Assembly (NCBI GenBank): GCA_002633005.1
Contig: NMRA01000129.1
Span: 28,133-92,132 of the forward strand
DNA from: Phoronis australis
Lineage: Eukaryota > Animalia > Phoronida
DNA: 64,000 bases
Reading direction: 5' to 3'
Shown: one piece after another, positions 37,325 through 50,800 of the stretch
How positions within the stretch are numbered: position 1 is the first letter of the stretch
Layout of the letters: each line of letters starts with the position of its first letter
Translations under genes and position numbers: made by a program
Notes under the pieces: model-generated
The model's input: the letters and a program-made list of their open reading frames with translations, nothing else
Databases searched by the model: none
What the model was told of the DNA's origin: nothing

Positions 37325-39992
37325 GTTCTAATTGACTCACAAATTAATGCTTCCAGCTCAACCGCAATACTGAACAAAAAACTATTCGCTGATTTTTCTT
37401 ATAATTCATCGATTTCAAAGGCTGCTATTATTTACTTTTCAATGTAAAAAACAACCATGTTGGTCGTTCGCCTTATTTAGCATCCTTTTTTTCTTTTTTT
37501 ATCTCATCCAGCACATTCAGCCAAGCCTATTATCAGCGACTAGCTAACTCATCTAAATACGTGACGTCGTCATTGAAGCTTCGATGTGCATAGGACTTCG
37601 CGGGGGTAAACCGCCGGTGCACGCTTTTTCGCACACATCCTGTTAGCCTAAAGATTTGCCAGTCACGATTCACAAGTACAGAACGGGACCTTGCATTGAC
37701 AATGACAGGAACTCGAATAAACCTGAAAAACGAACGGAGTACGTGTATGAGCGTAATAATTTTGAACCCTTGAACAGGGCATTATCGGATTTACGCAGGC
37801 TTACTATATATTCAGTTCAGCCGCATTTTTACGGAAAAGTTGTCACATCGAGCAACTAACACCATGACTAAACAGTTAATCAGTCGCAAGTGTGTGCGTA
37901 AGGACGACTGATCATATGGGCAGCGCACCATTGCGGGCAGGGGGGGGGGGTCTCATCAGGGGCGGATCCATGATGATTTTGAGTTGGAGGGCCTAGGGCA
38001 GAGTATTAGCCAGGATTTTGCCGGTCAGACGTTCGTTCCCTCAAACTGCCAAATGGTATACGGGAGAATTTTAGGGGGTTATGGTCCCATTGACCCCCTC
38101 TCTAAATCCGCCACTGGCTCGTATAGCCCCCACTTACATGTATTTCACTACTGCACCGCCCATGCTGACACGAGGACGCCGCGGCGGCCATGATTTTTCA
38201 CTCCGGTTTCAGTGAGAGGGAAAGCAAGTGGCTCCACTGTTTCAACTACGTCTAAAAGCAATGGGGCAATTAAGGTGGAAGCCGCGGGATCATTTCTGTT
38301 AGGCTCCCGTTCGTAGTGTATAAACGAGTGATTGGCTAGCATTCCACATGCCGCCGTAGTTTGGATGATCCCTACTGTTCGTGACAGCATGTGCAGATAA
38401 TCCTTGTGCACGTGACTCATGCTGACCCAGTTTGCGGGATTTTAAGCTTTAATTAGAAATGTACGTAAAACAAGATAGTTGTTAGTGTTTGTCTGTTTTA
38501 TGTACGTATGCTATTGAAACCATGTGTCAGTTTTTCAACGCGGTGAGGGTATCGTACCAATTGAATCCCGAGTCACCCTGTATTTTCTACTGCTTATTTT
38601 TCTTTTTTTTTTTTGAAATGCAGGAGGCGGCATTTTTCACTTACCTCTTTTGCTTCGGCACCGCGGTGAAAGTGAACAACAAGGGCATTGCAGTGCCTAT
38701 TTATAGTCACTTATTGTCGTAAGGCAAGCTTACCGAGATTAAAACGTTAATATAGCTTTGTTAGGTCGCAATTGTAATCTTGGCAGCCCCCGAATACAGT
38801 GAACAATGATAGTTTTGGGTGACTGCGATATGTGTTGATTACTTCACTATCATCAATGACTTTGCCATCAAAATTTTATTTAAAAGTTTTGTCCCGGCTG
38901 ACTACACAATGCATACCCTGCCACTACTGTTGACCCGACAATTTTTGTAACCACGAACGTTCAGCAGGTACCTGTGACAGTACTGGTACAATGCGTTTTA
39001 ATAAAAACATTCATGGGTCAGTGAAATCTGAAGGTTGTTGAACGGGTGTGTACAGACCAATTACACAAAATATGTACAAGCTTAATTTGTATCATCTCGA
39101 TCTCAGACCACAGGTCTATGAAAAATCAGTGGGGATATAAAATTCCAAGAAACATAATTTTTATTGAAGAATTAAAATCTCTGCTGAACCAAGAAAAACA
39201 ACCCAAGGGGATCTATTGTTATTTATCACGTCATGACCAAAAAATTATCACACCGTCAGGTGCGAAAATTTATTGCGCCAGCATCTATGATTTATCAAGT
39301 CAGCACCAAAATAAAACTTGTCAGGACTAAAAATTTATCACGCCAGTAACAATATATAGAGTCCGCAGCCAGGACCTACAATCACTTCACGCAAAACGAC
39401 CACCTGACCACCTACTATCCGACAATGACGATTTGTGTCTGTAATACTCAGTCATGTTGAAGTCTAATACGCTCAAGTGTATATTGGTTTCTATTGTAAA
39501 GAAACAACAAGAATTCAATCTCATTGACAAGATAATATGATTGCCGTTGGCGAGGTATTTTTAAAAGCTTAGCCCGTGTGTACCTGTACCGACGCCATCA
39601 CCTTGGGGAATGATGCTTGTGGATGGTCAAGTGGTCACTCGGCTTGAAAATTTTCTGGGGTGACCTTTTTCTGTCCACGCTCATCACAGTTTTAGTCCCG
39701 GGGTGTTAAATTTTTTATCCTAAAGTGTTAAATTTTCGATCCTGACGTGATCATTAAATTCCGGTCACGAGTTATTTTTGTTCATGCAAAGTGAACATAA
39801 TACTTTGAACTGTTTTTTAGTCTTTCCTCAGTGAAAATATTGGTTTTGAAGTATTCGTCAGACAGAATAAAAATAATGTTTTGGTCTGTTTTTGTTTATT
39901 ATATCTTGCATAAAAATGTCTATCAAGAAATTTGTTCCGCTTTGGCTATATTGAGCAAATGACCAAACCGTAAGCTTTTGCCCCACTTCCCG

Positions 39993-40038
39993 TGACGTCA
40001 CAGTTTAGTCTCACATAATCTCGCGTTATTGTTATAAA
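39993..40038 (+). promoter_or_regulatory. CRE (TGACGTCA) plus TATA-like box upstream of GT4 gene 1
   Basis: TGACGTCA at 39993-40000 and TATAAA at 40033-40038, about 235 bp upstream of the ATG. The same arrangement precedes the paralog. Confidence 0.45.
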
Positions 40039-40272
40039 CTCGCAAAAGGCCTAATTACTGACACAAGCCAGGACATAACTACTGCCCGCCAAGCCACGTT
40101 CACATACAGTGTAGGCCGGGTTATAGCTGTTCTACGTAAAGTGTACACCTGTCTTTTACGTGTTGTTTAAATGCTCCCGCCAAGAAGAGTAGAACAGATT
40201 AAGGAGGTTTGAAACTAGTAATAACTTTTTGGTGTGAACTGAACATTTGATGAGAAGCCTCTTCTTATTAGC

Positions 40273-43200
40273 ATGAAACATATCTGCTTGCTCCATGGGT
40301 ACTTGTTGACGGGGTCAGGGTCTAATGTATACAACAGAAATTTGGCAAGAGAATGGAAGAGACAGGGATACGCGGTGACCATAATTTGTCAAGATCCAAA
40401 TGCAAAAGGTTACCCATGGGTTGACGAATACTTTGGACCCAAGGTTGGTAAGCGTTTTCTTTGTTTCAGGAGTATTCAGTTAAGTTATCGCCAATTTTTT
40501 ATTCAGGTGTGACAGCTTGTCGAGCCAAGCGATGTTGTATCGATCTCTAACACACGTGCATTATTTTCTTAAAAGCCTTCGTCCTGGTTTTTTTTTTTTT
40601 TTGGAATACGGCGGGATACAATTTCCGTGAACTTCCATGGCGTCCCTAAGTTACGTACATGATTATACTGTTTCATGACTATAAGGAATATCATGAACTG
40701 GAGGGAATACGGTAGCCCATTTGACTGGCCTGGCTGTAGCTCATCTCCCCACGTCCGCGCCCGTGCACATGAGCGGCGCAGCACTGAAAAAAGTGGGGCT
40801 ATAACCCTACCCCCCAGCCCCGTATGGTGCGCCGCCAATGTGCAGTCGCTATCTTTGATGTTTTTGATTCAGACTCAGAGGCACCGTTGTTGAAAAAGTA
40901 ACAATGCCTCTACCACTGCAAAATCCAATTTCTAATTACTGTAATTTACCATGGAAATGCAGGTCGTAAACATTCCCTCTAAGCGATCATCTACAATTGT
41001 CAGGCTCAGTTTCTACTGTGAGCTAGTGATTCAATATACAGTAAGTATATTATAAACCATGCTGGGAACTGCTTTTCAATGAATAGCTCAGCGCTTGGGC
41101 CATGCCTAACCTATGGTTACTGTCCACCACAGAATGACTGTAGTGAATATCTATAGGTAAATTTGGATTAGGTACTTTCACTCACTGTGTGAAGTTATCA
41201 AGTCACAGCTATCAACACTGTTTTAAGTTGTCTGCTGAGAAAAATCTTAGAGCCTTCTAAAGAAAACAAAACCAAGAAATGGTCATGCAAAACTTATTTA
41301 TTTACAACAAGAACTCTAAATAACGACAGTCCAGGGTAGAAAACTGTAAAATAGTCCACGAGCAAAAATAGTCCAATTAAATAGTGTGATCCGAAAAAAC
41401 AGACTAATAACAGACTTGAAAGTGCATAGGTTTTTAGCACCATACTTACTTACCATACTTATCTACAATAAATAAATCAATGAAAGGTCTGGTAATAGTT
41501 AGGAACAAAACTGAGTACAATAAATAAGTTATTTCCTGAACTAATTAAGACTAAATCATGTTTAATTTATATGACTGAAACTTAATCCAAAATATCTGCC
41601 AACTTCCAAAATCAATTATTAAAAGATACATGAGTGAGTGGACTCAGTCCATTCAAAGTGGTGAGGACCTCGCAGTCCGAATACATATATGATGATTATC
41701 ATATTCCACCCCCAATAATAAGTAGAGCTGAGTCGTAAACCATGTGCATAATTGCTTTTGGGGCAGATTAAGGACATCTCTGGACTGCTAATAAAATTTC
41801 CCTCCATCACGGTAACTGAAATTACCAGAAAGTGATAAAATAACTGTGCCTTTACTACAACAAAAAACAACCCCCACACGTGCAGAAAGTGTGGTACAAC
41901 CTCATAGACGCTGGCCATAGCACATTGTTGTAAGTTCTTCTTGGGGGGTAACGTAGTTTTTTGTATGTGACTAGCTAAGACACAAATAGATCAAATTCAA
42001 AAAAAGTTCCCACGTCTACACTGTCATGCAAATATTTTAAAAAGGGTGTTTTGTTGCAAGAATTATTATACACATTTCTGTCAATTGGTGACGTTTTTTT
42101 ATTAAATTGACCAATCAGAGAGCTAGTTTTTATTGTTGTTCTGAATGTTTGCACAGTTCATCCATAAAGTAAAGACGTTAACAAGACTATATTCACTTTG
42201 GCCGCCGCCATTATGCCATGGTCGGTTGCGACACCTAGCGGGTGTCTGTGCGTCGACGAAGTACGCAAGACGTTGACTATGGCCGATTTTCGTTTGTCAA
42301 ATTCAAAATTGTCAATGAAGTGTCTTCATTTAAAATATTGAAAGCAGAAAAGTGAGCAGTGTAGTGGAAAAATACACTTAGACAAAATATAGAGTGATTC
42401 AAGAAAAAATTTGGGCAGCAAAGGTAATATAAATCATTACAAGAAATACATCATAAGCAAGGGGATGACTCTGTAATGAGAAGTGAACAGGCTAAAATAG
42501 GTGATTGGAGGGTGGGCAGATACAGAACCTGTAGGATTTTGTCCAGAGGGATCAGGAATGTAATAAAAATAAGGTAGATTGGTTGAAGAAGAGATAGGAG
42601 CAAAAACGGGGGGGCGCTCCTCAACCAAGGGCTGTGGGCGGAGATAGCTTTTCCCCCCCAATGTTCCAGGTGTTAAAATCATTTAATTAACAATTAATTA
42701 TTAAAACTTTCAACGCACAAGCTTTATTTTAAAATAATATTGAAAAATTAACAGATTCTCCTCCCCCCCCCAAACATCAAATGTTTCCTACGCCAATGTC
42801 CAAAAACTGCCATATTACGCCATCCAAACACGGGTCCAGATATTTGTTTCGTTAAGTCACACCTTACGACATTCTAGATTCAAGGAGGTGGGTCTGTGAA
42901 CAGTTAAATGAAGCATTCCCCAATATCGACTCAACAGGGGCAGATCCAGGATTTTTTAAAAGAACGGATCGGATTAACAATTTTTAAGACGGGTGGCCCA
43001 AGTCAACAATTTGAAAATTGTAGCTTTGATATAGCTAAAACCAAGAGAAAATGGGGGTCCTCACCCCTATGAGCCCCCCCCCCCTCCCCCTGGATTCGCC
43101 TGAGTCCAACTGAGGTGCTAAATCTTTTGCATATTTTTTCGTTCTTACACTCACAGTTTTTACATTTTTCTATCATTTTATCTTACGAGCTCCTCTTTTA

Positions 43201-46200
43201 ACTTATAAGGTTTTCTAATAATAATAATAACTAAAATGAGCCCTTAATTCAGTCAAAATATTTAGGGACTTAATCCTTAAATTACGGGCGTTGCATGAAA
43301 ATTTTCAATGATATTGAGAATTCAACGTGGAAAACTCACAAATACGCAGTAGTTTTAGGGAATATAGTGGAGTCGCTGGACCCCTAGCATCCTTCCCTGA
43401 TGGTATCTGAAATGGGTAGCGAATTGGGGTAGGTTGTGGTGAATGAAACTACAAGCAAGAGGGGTAGGGGATTGAAAACCACCAAGAGATGGAATTTCTG
43501 CCTTGTGCAGTGCAGTGCAGTAAACCTGCCTTGTATGCCCCCCTAAAACAGCCAAGATGCCTATTGAATACACAGTCCATTTAGGGTAGTTTTTACGATG
43601 TTATCCAGCTCTCGTCAACCATTCACATTTTTAAAATCAACTATCACCAATTAGTTAAAGCGTATTCAGCCTACGTTGGCAGGCCAACCTCAAAGTGAAT
43701 AATATAAGGACGCCTTATTACCTGACTTGATGTTTTAAGACCCGTGTCAAAACAAAAATCTAAGCATACGACATCGTCACATACATGTAGTGTAACCGGG
43801 TTTTCAAGGTAGTACACGTACTACCGAAGTACCCACCGATGTAAGGCTCAATATGCTTTTAAAAAACACTTCCTTCACAACTTCCTATGGCAAATTATCA
43901 AGTAGGTTACTAAACTATACAATTAATATTTATTATGCACTGAAGTCCATACCAAGATCATATAATATAGATTATTGACCAACGACAGCCAGGATGTTGA
44001 GTGTATAGGATCACAAGAAATAATTTAAATAACTAATAGCGAATAAATCTGCTGCGTAACTTAGTTTAAGAAGTTATATAGTCACCTTAAAATATGTTAT
44101 ATCCCTACAAACCTGACAAACACTTGTGCTGTAATTTCAGGACAAGCTACCAGAAGAGCCTCCGAAGACAGGAATGTGCCGAGTGATCGTTCCGGACATT
44201 GCGGGGCTCCTGCTAGTTTATAACAACGATGAATATGATGGCTACAAAGTGAAAACAATCCCGCACTGCACAGAGGAGGAAATTGAGAGGCATATCGCCA
44301 TGACTGCCCGTGCTGTTAAGGCGGTGGCCAATCAAGGGCCTTGCCATACGTTCCTAGCAAATCATGCTCTTCTGTCGCCCGTCATTGCATCTCGCGGACT
44401 GAAGGACACGCACATTTCTTACGACGTAAAAATTCATGGGAGTGCGCTAAATGTAGTTGTTAAGCGTCACCCGCATTTCAAGAAGTATGCTATAGAGGGG
44501 TTTATGAATTGCAACAGAATTATTGCCGGAACACGTTACATTTATCAAAACGTCATGGACATTTTTGCACCAGAGAGAGACGTTCTGAAAATAGACAAGA
44601 AGCTGATTATCGTTCCTCCCGGAATGGACCCGAAGGTGTTTGGACTGTCCGATGACAGATTCCAGAATATAAGGTCTGCATTTATTGACAAAATATGCAC
44701 GCATATCTCTCAGGAGCAGAAGGCTGGTAGACAATCGACGAATTTCAACTTGGACGAGATTGCTCAAGAAGTTCTTCAGCGTAAGGTTGGCGTGGACAAG
44801 CATCTTGTAGACCTTGGCAATACATACAATCAAAGAGTTGTAGAGTTTGATCTCCCTAAAAGATTTCCTCGAATTTCTGAGGACGAGCCAGTGATTGTCT
44901 TTGTAGGGAAATTCATTAACTTTAAAGGCATTGCGGAGTTGATCTTATGCTTCCCAAAAATTGTTTCACTGATTCCCAAAGTGCGTTTAATTCTCGTTGG
45001 CTACGGGATCGTTCGTGAGCATATGGAATTAATGGTGTACGCGTTGAAAACAGGTGAGCTAGCAAAAACTTCAGTTGATAATTTGGTGTTGTGTCGATTT
45101 TTATAAAAATGAATCCTTCGAGTGCTGTAATTGCAAAATATTCGATTTTGTATCTAACTACTCAGTGTGTTACTCGATCTTCGACTTCTTTCCATTGTTA
45201 ACTCAGTAAAAGCCTGCAAAATTAAGATTTTTAACGTTTTACTAATATCCCATTCTTTGGGCCACAAGATGAAATCTTAAAAACACTGCTACGGTTTTCT
45301 GAATCGAAAATCATAAAAATCCTATGTTTGATAACCCCTCATGCTAAAGTGGACCATTTCAAAAAATGCAATTTTTAATAAGGTTTGAAGAATAGTGCAT
45401 AAGCATAAAGATTCATATGAACCCAGTCAGCCATTTTTAGGGTCTTGCATAACTTTAAGGAGCCATTATCTTCGAAAATAGAGATTTTCTGACATCAACC
45501 CCAGCGCCGTCATGAACGTGGAACTCTCTCTGTCGGTAGATCCAAGTCATTGGTTTCAAGAAGTTTATCCCAACAATAATCCCAAAATAGGGTTTTCAGC
45601 CTTAAAACCGACAATGCCCCTTATTGCATGGGGTGAGTTGCGTTAAGCGTCACGTCAGCATTAAGCGTTAAACGTTCTTTGCAATACTGATTAGGGCCTG
45701 TTTTTGTTAATTTTGTACTAGTTCTAATGACTTGCGCCAGTGGATAAACAAACACCAAAGTGCAGCGAAATATGTGACTACTGACATCAATCAAACGCAA
45801 ACATGTAATACAATGACGGTCGCAGCAGACGTCTCAACAGGGGTCGCACAACCGGATGTACCACAACAATAACAAACTAACTAATAACTGGCGTTGCTGT
45901 TTGTATGTATACCATTCAAACTGATTATATATTTGTATCTGACAGGCAATCTCAAACTACTTGAAGCTGTTTCAAAATGTACAGATCAAACCGGGCATTC
46001 TTTTCTAGAATCGGGCGTTGATGTCAAACATTATTTTCGTCGACTAAGTAAGTGTGGTCTTCATTCCTGGTCTACTATCACAGTATCTAAGGTGTGTATT
46101 ATTTTATCAAACAAATTAAAATATTTTATTTGTGGGAGGAAGGTAAGCTTAATACTTGTGTAAATTTAAGTTTAGCAAGTTTTCATTTCGTCTGTCTGAG

Positions 46201-47809
46201 TAAGGCCTCCATTTTCTTGTTACTATCTCATTGCTGTTCGACAGTGCGTCTGCTGTGCTTGTAGTTGAAAATCTGTTTAATCTCAACCGCGAATTACGTG
46301 AACTTGACCCTCGCAAACTCGGTCCACGCAAATAACCATGTGCACTTTGAGAAAAGTTGCACTGCACTAGCGAATCACACGTTAATAAAATGATGTAAAT
46401 TTTAACCAACCTTCAATTTTTGCGATCTTGTTCACCGAACAATAATTAATTAACCATTTGAAACATTTCTCCGATTTCGTGACTCAGGAAAAGGAGAAAA
46501 TTGGTTATCACGGGACAAGAATTAAACAGATTCTTTACTACAATGAATACAACTTTCATCTGATTACATTTTACGAATAATTAACTCCAAGTTCACGCAT
46601 ACGTGATCTTAATTAAGCGGAATTCCAAGTTCACGCACAGCAAGAACAGTCTGCCTAAGTACGTCGAACAAATGACCTAGCTTGGTTTAGTTACAGGTTT
46701 AGTTACAAAATAAGCACTTTATGCATTTACAATTTGTTCGAACAATTTTCCTAAATATTAGTTGCCCTATGTCTGTGGAGACTCTTTCCTTTGTTCCAAC
46801 ACCATTTCAAAATGCAGGAGAAAGTAGGAACATGCAGTTATATAGGTGCGTTTTCTACGGTAGCCTATTAGTTTACAAAAGTTAAAACTTCGTATCATTG
46901 GCTACCTCCAGAAATCCAACCTCAAAATTCTACATTAAGTTACCATCACTTTTACAAAATTATGTCATGTTGAAACAATAATGTTTTGTACCTAAGTTTA
47001 GCTAAATCAGTTTGCCTTAAAGTTTGTTTCATGAAACGGAAAGAGTAACTCAAAGTGATTTACACACGCCCATGTATTTTAGGCCAAGAAGAAGCCTCAC
47101 GTATTCTCATCACAGGGTTTCTCAATCACGAAGAGCTAGGATTGCTGCTTCATCTAGCAGCCTGCTCTTTAGTTGTGACTAAATGTTCTGAAGCGTTCGG
47201 AATGGTGTCTGTTGAGGCAATGGCAGCGGGCGTCCTGCCACTCTGCGTCCGTCACTCTGGCTTAATTGACGTTCTGGACGAGGTGGGGTGCCACAATGCG
47301 GAACTGGAAAGTGCTATGGCGATCAACGTGAAACCTGGCGGAGATTTTGGGGCTTGTGATGGCGTTGATATGATGAGGGTTAGTATTAGAAGTAGTTTGG
47401 CATTGTTTTTTTTTGTCTGAGCGATCGATGTCATCGATGATCGCGATACCAGCAAGTTTATCAAAACAACAATAACTGTATGATGATGTTATCAACTTCG
47501 TTGTCTTTGTTTGAGTAGTATTCTTCTAGACTGGAAAAAGACGCTAAAACTGAAAGTATTTTTGTTCTTTTATTTTATATGTTCTGCAGAAAGTTCAACG
47601 TCGTTAGAAAAAAATCATTAATACAGAGCCTTCTGTCGTTTTAGGTCCTCCCTGAAAAGCTCAAAGCGTCAATAGAATTCTTATTTCCAACTAAAAGTGG
47701 AGGGTTGAGCAATAATTGTAAACGACGGCAAATAGCCAGAGAGCTGAGGAGCATTTCTAAAAGCACTTGGTCCTGGGAAACAGTTTGCAACAAACTCGTT
47801 GATCTTTAA
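40273..47809 (+). CDS. Glycosyltransferase family 4 (GT-B, retaining), gene 1, 548 aa; exons 40273-40443, 44141-45053, 45946-46047, 47083-47378, 47645-47809
   Basis: N-terminal HGYLLTGSGSNVY..LAREW...G..VTIICQ; KIHGSAL; IVPPGMD; VFVGKFINFKGI; EX7E motif EAFGMVSVEAMAAG; C-terminal WSWETVCNKL. Four GT-AG introns with consistent phases (0,1,1,0). AATAAA at 47953-47958. Confidence 0.9.
42935..43105. repeat. G/C-rich MITE-like repeat related to about 56225-56390
   Basis: Shared core CCAAGTCAACAATT(T/C)GAAAATT…CTAAAA(C/T)CAAG(A/G)GAAAATGGG. Confidence 0.6.
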
Positions 47810-50800
47810 ATTGGCTAAGGGCCTTTCGCCCTACTTTCCTTGGCTTCAGAGGATCTAAACTGTGCTGAGTACTTGACGAAACAAGAGCTTAGCGCAAGAG
47901 TCGATCTGTCTTCCAGAGAAAACGACGCCAGTACTGAAAGGTTTAACTTTTCAATAAATTAAAGTTTGCTATGGAGTGGTCATCTTGGCTTGACCCGACT
48001 GGTATTTTTATGCACAGTCTCGATAATAACAATAACGAATTATCAGTTCACCCAAGCTTCACCTACTTGTGGTAGGAGTCAATTAGTTTACTCATTATCC
48101 ATCAGCAAAAATCTGTAAGTGGTTGATATAGTGAATTCGCAACCGCGAAAGGTCGTGACTTCTGAACAGTGCATTTTTAAGACATTAAGCAAGGTGTACT
48201 GTACATGAACTTTTGTACCACTTCCCTTGACATGACGGTGCTAGTGCCTCTCTAGAAAAGCAAGATATTCCGAGATTAGATGAGGTGTTCCCGACTCGCG
48301 ATATTTTGGCTAGATTTTTCTCTCCGCTAGACAGCTATTGAACACTATCCCGATTCTTCCCTCTGGAAATACGCCCAAGTTTTGTAAAACCCTAGATCAT
48401 GTTGGTTTTCAATGCGCATGATATCCCTTATGTGAGGTTGTGCGATAAGATGGCGATTTTGTCCCACACTTTTTGCAACGCTTTTAAACCCGCAAGTGGT
48501 CTATTCCAGGCTGCTGCAGCCATGACCTTGTATTGTGTCCTCGAAAAACTTAAGGACGGACATTTTACCGCTGTTTTGTTGTCAATGTTGAAAGCTTAAA
48601 CGAAGCAAAACACTACGCTCAATGGATATTGAATTGTTGTTGAATAAGCCCGTATCTGAAGTCAGACAATGCGTACATGCGGCATTTTCCGATTCAAAAT
48701 TTCATGATTGGGCAACCCCAATAAACTCTGAAATATTTTCTGCCGAATGTAGTTTCGAAGTTCTGGTTGGCACTGAACGAAAATAGATTCATATCTCGCT
48801 AAGGAATGTTATGAGGGCAATTTTCATAACGCTAAACCCTCGTGAGAGACCGCCCCGAGATGGATGCTGGAGCAACTCGGGGCGGTCTGGGATCAAGCGG
48901 AAAAACCACAGGGTAAATCTGTGGTCGACGAATCTATTCGGTCGATTACATTTTATTGCCCGTGAAGCCGCTAAGGGCTGCCTGAAGAAATATGACTCGC
49001 GCGTTTGTATTTTCGCCTTTTTCAATAACATGTAAAAGATTCATCAACAAATTCCTCGTAAAATTCTGAAAACAAGCGTTTTTCTCCCACGAAAATCGAT
49101 GAAGTTTTGGCCGAGATATTTCACTTTCAGTCCAGGCTAGCCCTGCACACTCAGAGAATCGTCACACAAGATTACTACGCGGTAATGCGGTTTCACTGTC
49201 AACAAAGGAAGACGTCAAAATCGACTTATAATTGTCATTTTTAAACTATTTGCATGGTAAATTATCAAAATGTAAGTAAAATCGTACTCTATATTTTAAC
49301 AAGAAAACAGCAGTTTCATTTTGGTGAACATGTCTATAAGGACCTAACTCGCGCATGGTGGTGAGTAGTGAGTCCGGCCAACACGTGAGGATGGCTGTGT
49401 TGTTGTTTTTGCTCTCAATTCAAAAGTAGCCGTTTCAAAATGGAAGATGGACAGAAAATGCAGGCAGTTGACGAAAACGGCCATTGGAAGGAAGCAATTG
49501 AGCGGGGAGTAAATGACAGCGCTGGGAATTCACGTCGGTTTTCCTGGATGGCCGTCTGAGTTTGACCAGCTCGTCGAGCCGTGATTCGTGAGAGGCTGAG
49601 CCGATCGACTACGTCGGGCTCGGTACCTGGACCTGGTGAAGAAAAACGTAAGTATTTTTTTGTCATCCCTTATGCTCGCATGATGCTGTTGGCTGTATAG
49701 ATAAAGTATACCGTGTTTGCGTGGGATTTTGTGTTCATGAAATTACAGACTATGTACATCTACCACATTTAAAGTCAGAGAAACATTGTTACTTAGTGAA
49801 AGATAAACGTCTGAGCGAATATACCATGGTGCCTTCAATGTTGTGTTTGTTCTTTGTGAAGTAGATTTACTGTAACAAGTCCGATGTTGTCGGATTGAAT
49901 TGGTATTCCGGGATTTTCAATGCCAGTGGCAGATCCAGAATTTTTGGAATGGTGTTCGCAAATGAAATAATGTCAAGCCATTGTTTTAAATTACCATTTA
50001 AGTTTTATTAATAAGAGGTGGAGACAGCAATCTTCAGCCGTGTCTTTGTTACCTTGTTCTCATTTCTTTACATTTGTTTATGTTTCATTTCATTGTTTTC
50101 TGTAGATCCCCCCAACCCCCTTGCCATAGTGCACTCTCTGTTGACTGAATTTGATGACATAATATATTGATAAGCCATTGTATTCTGCATACCAGTACTA
50201 GCTTAACCCTTAGTCCTGCACACCTGGCCCTATTGTTCACTCTTGACTTTTGTTTACAAAATAATCCAGTCCAGTCTACACCCTGATTGCTTAGTTTAAT
50301 ATTTACCAGTGAGTAAACTGTATTTCACTTGTTGAACCTTTTCTTACTATCATGCAGCTCTTGCTTGACAGTGCACATGTACTTTTATCTCCTCTTTTTC
50401 GAACCACTCATTAAAGCGTTTTATGGGGTTTGGTTTCTTTTCATGAATGTTTTCATCGTTGGTTTCTAATTCGTTCAACTGCTTCCCAAAACTCCTGAGT
50501 CCTGAGCATTGAGCAACACTCAACAATCCCTCTAAAAAATGATGCCCTTCCAAACAGTGATGTGACCTTCTGACTACATGAGTGTAAGCTGTGGTACACT
50601 ACTGCACGTGCACAAGGTCATCAGCACCAGAAGTTTTAAAATCACACCACCAAAACTGTGACTGTTTACATTTCAGAGAGCTTGCCGTGACAATTTCAAG
50701 AAGGTATACCGCTTGACAGTTGCATTTATGTACACGTTGAAGCCTGGAGAATACAGACTTGATCAGGGCTTGGGATTTCCGTCTTTTAAGAGGAATTCCT

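Noticed and set aside
50203-50225. TTAA-CCCT piggyBac-like terminus
   Set aside because: No matching opposite end was found.
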